Positions 52,914 through 64,000 of a stretch of DNA of 64,000 nt are shown here, one piece after another. This DNA comes from Owenia fusiformis. Its lineage: Eukaryota. How positions within the stretch are numbered: the first letter of the stretch is position 1; each line of letters starts with the position of its first letter. The notes under the pieces were generated by a model. That model searched no databases, was not told the origin of the DNA, and saw nothing but the letters and a program-made list of their open reading frames with translations. Where the stretch lies: positions 36,084,001 to 36,148,000 of the forward strand of contig CAIIXF020000001.1 of the NCBI GenBank assembly GCA_903813345.2, written 5' to 3'. The position numbers and the translations under genes were made by a program.

Positions 52914-53371
52914 TTATCGCCCATTCTGGAGTACCACTTTTTTTTTATTTGGTCATATTTCTCAACTATTTCCAGTTTTTATTGGGACTTTCATTAATTT
53001 CATCTCTCTCAATGCGTTTGACAAAGTTTCATGGCACTATGGTCCATGCTTTTCCCCAAAAAGTGCTGAATAAGCATTTTTTCGCAAAAATTTACCCCGT
53101 GTTATTCAAATATGTGCATAAATTAGAGAAATTTATTGATTATTTTTCTAAATCACAAAAATTGATTCTAGGCAAAATGTGCTATCCAGATATAGCTCAA
53201 TCAGCTCTGTAATACCTCCCCAGCTCAAACTAGACATCTCCCAACACATCCGTCATAGGCTCCAACCAGGAGTCAACTTTTTGTTACTTTGGTCATATTT
53301 CTCCACTGTTTCCATGATTTTTATTGGAATTTTCACAAATTTTGCTCTAGAAGGCTAAATCATTGGCCATG

Positions 53372-53878
53372 ACCTAACCCTAACCCCAACAACATCTCTA
53401 ACCCTAACTATAGCCTAACCCTAAGCCAGAGCCTAACTCTAACCCTTAACCTGAACACCAACACTACCCCTAACCCTAACTATAGCCTAACCCTAACCCT
53501 AAGCCAGAGCCTAACCCTAACCCCTAACCCTAACCCCAACACTATTCCTAACCCTAACTACAGCCTAACCCTAAGCCAGAGTCTAACCCTAACCCCTTAC
53601 CCCAACATTACCCCTAACCCTAACTATAGCCTAACCCTAAGCCAGAGCCTAACCCTAACCCCTAACTCTAACCTCAACACTACCCCTAACCCTAACTATA
53701 GCCTAACCCTAAGCTAGAGCCTAAGCCTAACCCCAACACTACCCCTAACCCTAACTATAGCCTTACCCTAAGCCAGGGCCTAACCCTAGCCCCAACACTA
53801 CCCTTAGCCCTAACTAAAGCCTTACCCTAAGCCCAAGCCTAACCCTAACCCCTAATCCTAACCTTGACTTAACCCTAA
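53372..53878 (+). repeat. Interstitial telomere-like (CCCTAA)n array with higher-order ~60-79-bp units
   Basis: CCCTAA hexamers interleaved with the fixed variants CTATAG, GCCAGA and CAACAC in a repeating order, about 7 times. Confidence 0.9.
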
Positions 53879-54539
53879 GTAATCAAATACAGTGTTCAGA
53901 ATGATCATTTATCAATTGGGAGACCTATAATTGGAAATGTGTGTTGTTTTGGTTTTCTTTGATGAATATTCCCCAGGGTAGAACAACAAATGGAGAAAAT
54001 GACCAATTTTTCTGTATCCTCCATACTAAATATTTCTCTGTAAACATTCAGAAGCAATAATAATGATTACAATTAGTTTATGTAATTGATAACACATGAA
54101 TTGTTCTATCATTTGACAAAGTTTAATGTCACGATGGTCTGTACTATTTCCCAAAAGTGTCGAATAAGCATTTTTTCGCCAAAATCTACCCCGTGTTATT
54201 AAATATGCGCATAAATAAGAGATATTAATTGCCTATTTCTTTAAATTACAAAAATTGATTCTAGGCAAAATGTGCTTTCCAGATATAGCTCATTCAGCTC
54301 TGTACTACCTCCCCATCTCAAACTAGACACCTCCCAACACATCTAGCCATAGGTTCCAATTTTAGTCAATATCCCAGGAAAACATCTAATTGCAGAAAGG
54401 GGATGGGTAACTTTAACTATTCATATATCTGGAAAAAATAGTCGAATCTGCTTGCGGTTTGTATTATTTTACTAGAAAACAACTTGGGGTTACATTTTGG
54501 AGGAAATTACAATTGTAACTTAAAGGATGGGTCACTACT

Positions 54540-55000
54540 AGGAGACACACAACCATTAGATCCTTCCGCCGAGTGGGAAGACGAATAGATGGCATTATAA
54601 AAACAAAAATATAGTCCAATTATTGTAATTACATTAGCATCACCAGTGGTTGGATTTTGGTAAGTACATGAATGAAAAAGTGTATGTGTGGACCAACTCT
54701 GAGACATGATTTGATGTGATTAAGGTGCATTTTCTTTTAAAAATTTGACCTTTTTGACCTGCCTCCATCTGTCAAAATCAGAATTACATTTTTTGACATT
54801 TTCTATAGATGGCGTCTTCAACAGGTGAGATCTTTTGATTTTCGTGGGGAGTTTTGATTCAAACTTTTTTGACTGACAGAGGACATACTGGGGTATGATG
54901 CAATGATAGCAAAACATGTCCACAAATCTTAGTTTTCTCTTGAAGACAGATTGTTTGTATGGGAATACGCATGTTATAACAATTAGTTGGGTTAACCCTA
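54540..55000 (+). repeat. 461-bp direct repeat, copy 2
   Basis: Matches 52453-52913 at offset 2087. Confidence 0.95.
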
Positions 55001-56415
55001 AATACCATGAAAGTTGATCGCTTACTTCCGGTTTGAGAATTTGAAAAATTATTGCTAAACACGATCTAGTTTTTGTTAATTCCTATTGTAATTTGCAGCT
55101 TTTAACAATTTTTGATAGAATATAATCCATTGGAATGATCTTGACGAAGAAAGCATCAGGTAAAATCTTTATTTTTAAACCATTCCAAGGCATTCTGAGT
55201 TGAAATTGCCAAAAATTTGAAATGTTGAAATTTGTCGGATAGCAAACTGAAATGGGTTTGAACCCCCTCCCCCCCTAACTAGATTTATTTAGTTTTCTAT
55301 CCGACATCGAACTTTTGATGCCTCCCCTAATGCTGTGCATGTAAGCACTATTTTAAACAAATTACAATTAATGTTTAAGAAGTTGCAAGTTAACATACCA
55401 AACTTTGAAAGATTTGATATAAGATGAAAGACGTTTTTGATTTTCCAAGGTTAAGATGGTTTAAAGATTTATGAATGCTACCTCATATTTATCACATATG
55501 GTTTTTTAAAAAATCTTTAAAGCCTCATTATTCAGACTGTAGGTTGAAGGTAAAAGTTCTTTTTTCATAGTCAGTCATTTATATCTTTATTCAAATGTTG
55601 AGGATAACCTTTACCAGTTCATAAATACATGCAATGGCTCCTTATTAGGATTCTGGATTCACATTATTTTTTCCTATTTGGCCATAAATGCATTTGCATA
55701 TATTGAACATATAATAACCTACTTGTCATAGTTCTATTTCAAGGTTTTTCAAAATGAACTTGCTGTCAGGTACATCAGAAGCTATAGTAACCATAATATG
55801 TAACAATAATTAGTTCCATAAAAGATTTCTATGACCAAATAAACAAAGAAGATGTTCATGTAAAACTTATAAAATAAAAAATGATATAAATCTATTAGGC
55901 AGCAAGCAAGCCAGAAGAGTTCAGTTTGGATATTAAGCTTCATGATTAGCAGAGATTTTTTAGTGTCAATGGAGAGATTTATATGTTATGATATATTGAT
56001 ATTATTCATGTTATGTACAAATAAAACTGCCATTTTAAGTAAAAATACATGTCTTTTCAATATAGTTTCAACCTTCTTAGGCATGATTTGAAATAAAATA
56101 TTAGAATCAAAGTATGTGATTGTCAATAAAACTGAAAAAATGACATGTATGAACTGTGAGGTATGAATACAATTTTTTTAAGTATTTGCAGAAATATATC
56201 AATACAACACGCTCAATCTGATCAGATTGGTATATTAGATTGTATTCATTGCTTCTACAGTAAACTTCAATTGTAAAGATTAGTTTAAGATTCTGTTATT
56301 GTAACTACACATTTCATTATATTTTATTGCCAATAGTAAGTTGTTGTTTTTTATACACATCATGACTAACATGTTTTACCTTAGATTTTCTGAATGTATG
56401 TTTTACCTGTTGTAG

Positions 56416-56481
56416 GTCAGATTGGTGAAAAAATCAGCTCAGTGAAGAGGAAAAACTAAGCAATTAAGGAGACCTCAACGG
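56416..56481 (+). other. Candidate non-coding exon (66 nt)
   Basis: ttttacctgttgtag acceptor, CGG|gtaagt donor, GAAGAGGAA-rich interior. Stops in all three frames. Confidence 0.5.
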
Positions 56482-58582
56482 GTAAGTTTTAGCAATTTAT
56501 AGATACATTGCAACAGGTGGGGTATTTTTAAGGAAGGGGGGTCTTAATAAATGTTTATTTTTCAACTTAAATGGAGCCCTGGTTTATCCTTGAGTGATGA
56601 AAGTCTGTATCATGCAAGAGTGGATACTGCAGACTTACTTTATATCCATGCTCTATAGATACTTAGACGTAATAGTAATTGTTGCTCCCTGATTAACACC
56701 TGGCCAGTGTGGGTGTATATATAGTATAAAACCTATCTGAAATATTAATGCTTGGACTGGATAAAACTGTTCTTATAAAATAGGTGTTTACAAAGAGTAT
56801 TGTATCATATCTATTACTTGGATATGATATTTACAAAAGGGGTGTTTACATTTGGAAGTATTCCCTTACATCATAATCAACCATGATGTCTCATTTTGTC
56901 TGATTAGATTCTACAGTATCACTTGTGTCTTACTCTTAACATTTGTTTGATTGACTTTTTTAAAAGATAGCTGCTTTGTTTACTACACTTTTTCACTTTA
57001 AGAGAAACCTCTGAACTCACCAAGCCAAACAGAGCTTGTCTTTGATTTTATTTGAAAGAAGGACGGTTCCCTATATATGGTCATTATCCTCTTGCAGTCA
57101 TTGTTTACCCAGTATTGACCAACCAACTTTTCTCAAGAAAATGTTGATTTGAATTGATTTATGAGCTGGGCTAACTGTTCAGAGTATACTTTAGAATTAA
57201 CCTCTGCGTTCAGGTACCTGTGCCTTTGTAATTGTGGCAGTGACAATTGAATTCAAAGCATGTAATGTGTAGGCATAAAGGTTGATAATTACATGATAAC
57301 CATCACACTAATGACAGATATACTAATATCAAAAATATGTCTCATCATATTAGAGCGTTTTTCTAGTTAAACAGAAAAAAGTGATGAGTATCAGAACAGA
57401 ATGCAGAATTTATCTTTACGCACTTCAGCAGAGTAGAATCACATTTCAGACTCACATCCCGGTCTCACATACATTATGTCATTGAGTCATCTATGATTTG
57501 TCATTCACTTATTTTTAATATGTATTTATAATATCCAAGATGCCCACAAGGTGTATTGGTACAGTTTCTAAAAAATATAATGGCAGATTAAAAATACAAC
57601 AGTAACCCTTTAGCAATTTCACATAGCTTTCTTGCTAAAATTGTCAGCTACTTCACATGTATCATTTCTTCATTTTTCTTCATTCATATGTATACTGAAA
57701 GGTATTGGTTAGTGAAAGCATATATGTTACACAGTTAAATTATTTAAGTTTTGTTTACAAACCATGAAATGATTATTATGACCAGCGGGATAGATACATT
57801 CTTAGAATTCCAAGAAGACACTGCAAATATGTACTTTTATAAATGGATTGTACAATTCCTCGTGTTATGTAAATAACATTCCACGAAAAATAGTTCTTCA
57901 ACAAGTTTTTATGTCACTCCCTGGGGTGTTGGTTAAATAAGTTTTACTATATTTATGGCTTACAATTGTTTTGCTTAGTTTGTTTAAAAGTGCAAGAAAA
58001 TTACTGGCTATTTCAAAATTGAATTATCTTGTGCTATATCTGTATATTCTATATATATCTAGCATTTGCTCTCTAAGATCATAACTGATCGTGACATCAC
58101 TGTATTTAGTTTAGTTTATTTTGTATGCAATTATTGCTTACTCAGTAATTTAGTTTAAGTCGAGCATTTAATTATAATTATTATTTATGATGTGCATATG
58201 TAATTTGTTCTATGCGATTCTATCCTTCGTACTTTGTGAAGAATTTAATATAAGGTAACAATTGAACAAAAATAAATAAAAAATATATCGTAATATGGAG
58301 GCTTGTGTCCAGTTTAGCTTCTTATCTGTTGAATATTTACATCTTCCATTTTTTCTTTGTCATTTATCAATTCATATTAGCACAACCGTTGCAAGTGCTT
58401 ACTTTAGAATGCATTCTATGAATTAGAGACATTTTAATGATTTTGACCATACAATATAGTCAGAAAGATGTGTTGCTACTGTTGATAGAAAATCAGGGTA
58501 TATCATGTCAGAATTTTATTGCTTGTTATGTCGCCTAAGGTCTTGCTATGTAGATGTTTGTGTCTTACATACTTACATACAG

Positions 58583-58612
58583 CATGGGCTTTCAATCTAT
58601 TGAATGCCCATG
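58583..58612. mobile_element. 30-bp CATGGGC...GCCCATG hairpin with perfect 7-bp TSD (putative P-superfamily excision footprint)
   Basis: CATACAG-[CATGGGCTTTCAATCTATTGAATGCCCATG]-CATACAG. 14-bp arms with 1 mismatch. Confidence 0.65.
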
Positions 58613-59586
58613 CATACAGCAAAGACAAATCTATAGTTTGTTCACCCAGAAGAGTATTAAGCTGATTGGTTGTTATTTAATTGTTCAATTGTTTGAAAGA
58701 ATACCAATAAGTAAGATAAGTTATCCATATTAATTTATGCATAAATATTCAGTGCTTAATGTTTGTTGTCCCATATTGATCTGCCTTATATAACCTTTTG
58801 CACGAGACTCATTTCACTTTTATAATATTTTAAGGACCAATTTTACAAGTTGGTGTTATTAAAACCTTTTTGCCCCTGTACTTGTTTTTAAATTCTAGAG
58901 AATTATTAGGTTTGTGTATATTAGACTGTGTTGTCTCAAAAACACATTCTGTCATCATCATTTTCTCAGTTGTTGTGTATGTAAGGTTTCGACACACTCT
59001 TTAATGATCATTTCAAAGTTGGTATACACCATATATGCAACATTTTATCACAAAGGGCCATTCTATCAAATATATTATGAATGTATTAATATACTCAATA
59101 ATTGATATTCTACTTGACTGATGTTGAACAAGTCTTGAGTGAAATGTTATGGCATTGGTTTCTAGGGGAAACCACACATCCAATACCTACTCTCTTTCCT
59201 GTTTGCACATTATTTTCTATTTCAAGAGATCCATTTTGCAACATGTAGTTCACCTTTTATTCAAAAGTATTTTAATGATCAGTGCATGTGTCCTTTTCTT
59301 CCAATCAGATACAAGGTGATACTGTATTGCTGGCAACATTTCCAATTGACCTACCAATGCATTCTTTACGATTTCAATTATTCTCCCAAATAGTAAAGAT
59401 GCACTTCCACATAAACAGAAAAATGAACACATATAATATTACACATAAAATAAGCACTTTTGGTTATTTTTAAGAACATATGGATGGAATGCTATGAGTC
59501 GATTAAACCATTTTTTCAGGAAATGTTGCTCACTTGTGTAAGATGGGATGGGATTGGATTATAATTAATTTATAATTATATGTGAG

Positions 59587-59666
59587 GTGTGTCATAATTA
59601 TATATAGGGTGTGACATAATTATTAAATATAGGGTGTGACATAATTATATATAGGGTGTGACATAA
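59587..59666. repeat. ~22-bp minisatellite (GGTGTGACATAATTATATATAG), about 3.5 copies
   Basis: Directly visible tandem units. Confidence 0.85.
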
Positions 59667-61409
59667 GCACCTGATCTTGGACTCCTGATTTGTTAACACA
59701 TGTGGTTAGAGTTCTTGATAAGTTTTGCAAATATGTACAGTATGTTTTCCATTTCTAGTGGACATCATGCTAATGAAAGATAAGTTTAAGCCTTTTGTCC
59801 CTTTGGTTCGTTATACTTACCATCCCATATTTTTACTGCAATATGAATGAAATGCACATAATATTAAATCATTTTAATATTCAAAACCATGTCTTATAGT
59901 ATTTAAATTGGTTGGTGTATTTGCTGTTGATGATTTTCTTGAAATGATAGAATTATTACATTAAAATATTATAGGACATTTAGTTGTGGTTGATAGTCAT
60001 CATTATTCAGCATTGCTTTTGTTTGGCTACATCTTATTGGCTTCAAATTATGTCATATTGTTCGTATTGCCTCCTCTCTATTATGTATTATCTGAAAATT
60101 GGTTCATTATTGACAATTTTGTATCAGTTGTCTATAGAGAGCAGGCTAGTGAGAATAATGTAGAGATAGTGTGTTGATCATCAAATTGCATGCCAGCTAA
60201 CAGGGTTACTTATATGGAGACTTACAACATTAAGAAAATCACATTTACTCCATTCAACCAATCAATACAAGTTAATTATTCACTGCTAGAGAGGAGACTT
60301 GGATACAGTATATAATGTGTTCGTGAGATTGACACTGCGCTACTTGTTGGTATTTCTGGCTTATTTATTTTCGTAGCTGGTCGATCACGAGTGAAAAACA
60401 ATTTTACATCTGAACTACTTTGGCATGGTACATGAACATAAGAAATGAAAACTATATTTCCCTTGATTTAAAAAAAATATAAGTGCATGGGATCAGGTTT
60501 ACATGGAGTGTAACTTATCGAAGCGTTACATGACTACTATTTTAAAACTACCAGAGCGTTTATCACACTAAGGAGGATACTACTTCGCACATACTTTTTT
60601 GGGTTCATCAGTTGTGGTAAGTACTACATTCATTTCTCAAATCATCATGCTGTATGTTTGGTGTGGCTTCTGGTAATTGCTATCAGAATGCAACTGAAGA
60701 TGAAATGTATCGGGTTCATCAAGGATGGTGTTTATCTTGTCAAATGTTGAAGCTTCTTGATTTGTTTTGGTATTTCCTTTTCCCAAAGGGCATTGACAGC
60801 CCATTTATGAATGATGATTACATTGTATGTGCTTTGGGTCAACCTGAGAGTCTGTGATATATTACTAGTCATAACTTGTAAATTTGTATATGTGTTTCTA
60901 ATTTTTTAACGATTAACAGGTGTCTGAGCGGAGTCCTTTGGTTTATTCTTGAAATACAAAGTCTGATAAAAAGGTAGCTTGCAGTTGCAAGTCACAGGTA
61001 TACTTCATTTTCTGTTGTTGTCCTTGGTGTTTTTGCAAAATAGGAACCTTAACTGGCCTCAGAGTAATTATGCTAAACAGGTTATTCAATGTATGATGAA
61101 ATAAAACATTTCAGTATGAATGTTATTTTAGTGTGTTTTTATCGACTTTTTTAGTTTTTGTATATTTTTTAGTGAACATGCAATACAACATTTCAAAATG
61201 AATATTTACGACTTTAAAGGTCTTTACGTTATTGAAATATTCACAGCATCTTTTCAATTGTGTTTCTTCATTATCTATGATTTAACCTGATTGTTACACT
61301 GTAAAGATATAACATGGGAATAGGGTGACACTGACATATTTTTACTCATGGACTAGACCAATAAATAGAGTGTGGAGAACAATTTTATGATATTTGTAAG
61401 ATGCTGCTT

Positions 61410-62064
61410 ATTTTTTCGTGAAGCCACTCAGTAAAATTACGATTTCTCTATTTACAAAAATGTTCCCGAGACACAAATCCATTGACGTAAAGTTTGTTTT
61501 AAAGTAGAAAAGCCCAAATAAGACAATACAAACTTAGATCAAACCTGGAAGACTGCAGATTTCATGTAATGATTTACGTTCATGTAAACAAGTAAAGTAC
61601 ATGTAATCCTAATATAAAACACTGGCCTATGTGACATGTAATAACATGTTCAAACTGAAATATAGAAAATTTTCAGCATAGAATTTTCTTCTGTGTTCTG
61701 TATACCCCTCTACCTGCTTAATAAGGCAATGCATCTTCAAATAAAACCTTAGCCAAGTAGATTACAGTCTCTGGAACACTTTTGTAAATAGTTTTCACAA
61801 GCAATTTCGTTTGAGAATCTCAAATTTTGTCTTCCCGATTTCAGTCATGAATTACGTCAATTTCTCATGCAAACTTTGGGTAGACGTTGTTATTCCTGGA
61901 CGCCCAAACTTGTCAGGAACACATAGATACTTGAATGATCTTGATTGGACATCAGGTTGCAGAGAAATCGTAATTTTACTGAGTGGCTTCACGAAAAAAT
62001 GAAAAGGCTATACGCCTCGTTTAGCATACACCTACTGATGTACAGTATATTGTATATACCTTCA
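61410..62064 (+). mobile_element. Element with perfect 40-bp inverted repeat, second nested inverted repeat and degenerate trailing palindrome
   Basis: 61410-61449 / 61961-62000 are perfect inverted copies. 61448-61472 / 61767-61791 match at 23 of 25. Weak palindrome at 62000-62064. No TSD seen. Confidence 0.6.
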
Positions 62065-62759
62065 ATTAGAATATAGAGTATCAACCAATATTGTGTATCT
62101 ATATTATTATAAAGTATATACAGTTCTGTTAGTAATTGCAAACGGAATTATTTGGAATGACAAAGTATAAATTTTCACCTTATTAACTTCTCTGGTGTTC
62201 CATTATCAAGTTTATCGTCTTAAATAACTCCATCACCATCAAGCTTTGCGTCATAATATCATCTGACTGTAAAGGTCCTCATTTGAATGCATTCATTGTG
62301 TAGCCATTTGTAAAAATATATGTGATTGATGTAGACCAACTGATACATTCAGTCTTAGTGTAATCATGAGGGGGTCAAATATAGGGAATGTTGAAACTAC
62401 AGTACATAATGTTTGGAAATCAAATATGGTAGGAGGATTCCTTTAATTTTCCAATGGAAATTACACAGTTTACTGTCAAACATTATTTGCTGACTTCTTG
62501 AAAATCAACAATTTGTGTGAGTGTAAAAGTGGGAAGTCAGGATGCTGCGAATTAAAAATAGTATTCCTAGCCTGAGTTGAGAAACTTAAACTTTCATGAT
62601 TATGTAAAAGAAACAAATATACAAATCTGAGAAAATTGCTCCCTAGAATTCAATGTGTTTTACAGTACAGTGCAGTTGACCCAGTATGGTAATTGCAAAA
62701 TTGCAGTAGGAAAGGGAGGAAATTGCATTCTGGCAAAGCACCTGTACAAAATGAAAATA

Positions 62760-63737
62760 CAGGGTGTCCACAAAAAAAGTAAACCGAACTTCAAAACCAA
62801 ATTACTAGAATCCTGAGCATTTTTATTTTAAATACAAAGGTAGCAGTTCAAAGCCTAATTTGTCCTTCATCAAATGGTGCCTAGATCATTATGTAACTGT
62901 CATGTATGAATGAGCAATCATGACCATTATGAGAGGTGGTAAAATGAGCGCTGTGCCAAGTTATCTTCCTGTGTCAGTGCGTAATTGGCTTAGTATTCTT
63001 TTTCTGTTACATTATGCTCAAGGACAGGCCTTCCATAATGAACTGGACTGAGGACTGAGTGACTCTCTTATGTAAAAAAGTTTGGCATAAAGCTTAACTT
63101 ACTCTAAAATAGGCCTGCAAAAATGGTTTAACTGACACCTGAGCAGAAGAGCCAACAAAAAATTCTTAAAAGCAATTCAATGTCCTGTTTAAAAATCCCC
63201 ATTCTTACTATTGAGAATGGATTCTACCAATACTCTACCACATGAGTCAACTTGTTGAGACTGGATCAACTTGAGTTCTTCTGAGAAAATGAGGATTTCA
63301 GCAAGGGATATTGACTTTACATGGGGAATACAATTGACTCCAATGCTGTATATCATCATGTAGAAGTTTCAATGCTGATTAAGAGGCTCTTGGATCCAAT
63401 TTCCCGAGAGGGAGGTAAGTTATGGAAAAGTATGCAAAAAGTGTGAAGAACATACATGTATAACAAGTTTGAATTCAAACATTAATAATGTTTTGAACAC
63501 AAAAAACATTTACAGTGTCAGACCTACTTGAATACTAACCTGGCACAGTGCTGATTTTACCACCTTTCATAAAAATCATGATTACTCAGTCATCCATGGC
63601 ATTTACATAATGATCTAGGTACCATTTGATGGAGCACAAACTAAACCATTTTACTGCTATCTTTGTATTTTCAAAAATTGCTTAGAATTCTAGTATCATG
63701 GCTTTGAAGTTCGGTATACTTTTTTGTGGATGCCCTG
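62760..63737. mobile_element. Tc1/mariner-type non-autonomous element (978 bp) containing one foldback arm (~63152-63328)
   Basis: TA TSD. ~60-bp imperfect TIR beginning CAGGGTGTCCACAAAAAAAGT...CCGAACTTCAAA. Confidence 0.85.
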
Positions 63738-63782
63738 TAGATAGAAAACAATAGAAAAATTGACAATTGATGTGAGTGGGAA

Positions 63783-63807
63783 TAGATAGATAGATAGATA
63801 AATAGAT
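63783..63807. repeat. (GATA)n microsatellite
   Basis: tagatagatagatagataaatagat. Confidence 0.8.
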
Positions 63808-64000
63808 GCAAAAGATCCACTTATTTGGCATGTTTCACCCTATGTGCAGTTCATAATCCATGCTTGTGATTGCTAGTATTAGGTGCTCATCCTCTTACAT
63901 ATTAGATGTAATCATACTGAAGGGTGAACTGAAGGAAAAGAATCAAATCATTGATTTTTGGGGGAATCGATCTGCTGGTTTAACTTGCATGTTTTTTAAA

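Larger units (their letters stand above)
52366..55327. mobile_element. PIF/Harbinger-type non-autonomous element (2962 bp) with complex cargo
   Basis: 51-bp TIR GGGGAGGCATCAAAAGTTCGATGTCGGAT...AAACTAAATAAATCTAGTT (2 mismatches). TSD TAA (52363-52365 / 55328-55330). Confidence 0.85.

Noticed and set aside
52453..55000. Canonical LTR retrotransposon or hammerhead retrozyme
   Set aside because: No TG...CA termini, TSD, PBS/PPT or gag/pol ORF, and no CUGANGA...GAAA hammerhead core found by eye. Kept only as an open hypothesis in the findings.
52633..55062. Duplicated 67-aa ORFs and the 127-aa ORF at 52829-53212
   Set aside because: They are by-products of the 461-bp direct repeat and AT-rich filler. 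The 127-aa ORF crosses the repeat boundary and has no recognisable domain.
58980..59020. Minus-strand TTTGAAATGATC...GTCGAAAC resembling a Penelope-type hammerhead
   Set aside because: The catalytic core CUGANGA is not intact and the stems are not convincing.

Overview
AT-rich animal genomic DNA with no supportable protein-coding gene, rRNA, tRNA or CRISPR array. The TTAGGG-type repeats and satellite-bearing Helentron/HINE elements suggest a marine invertebrate, probably a lophotrochozoan (inference). The window reads as a very long intron or intergenic tract packed with non-autonomous DNA transposons that can be delimited by terminal inverted repeats (TIRs) and target-site duplications (TSDs): PIF/Harbinger, hAT-like elements with 5- and 6-bp TSDs, Kolobok-like, Mutator-like, Tc1/mariner, EnSpm-like, and three satellite-carrying HINEs. 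It also holds minisatellites, foldback hairpins, a 6.7-kb patchwork of local duplications, and several candidate non-coding exons on the + strand. Four structures stand out. (1) A 2.96-kb Harbinger-type element carries two apparently identical 461-bp direct repeats around a higher-order telomere-like array. (2) One pair of EnSpm-like termini with a shared GT TSD encloses 10.35 kb. (3) Four TSD-less elements share an A...A'-B-B' split inverted-repeat design. (4) Two 26-30 bp hairpins with 7-bp TSDs look like P-element-type excision footprints. All superfamily assignments rest on terminal motifs and TSD lengths read by eye; no database search was run.
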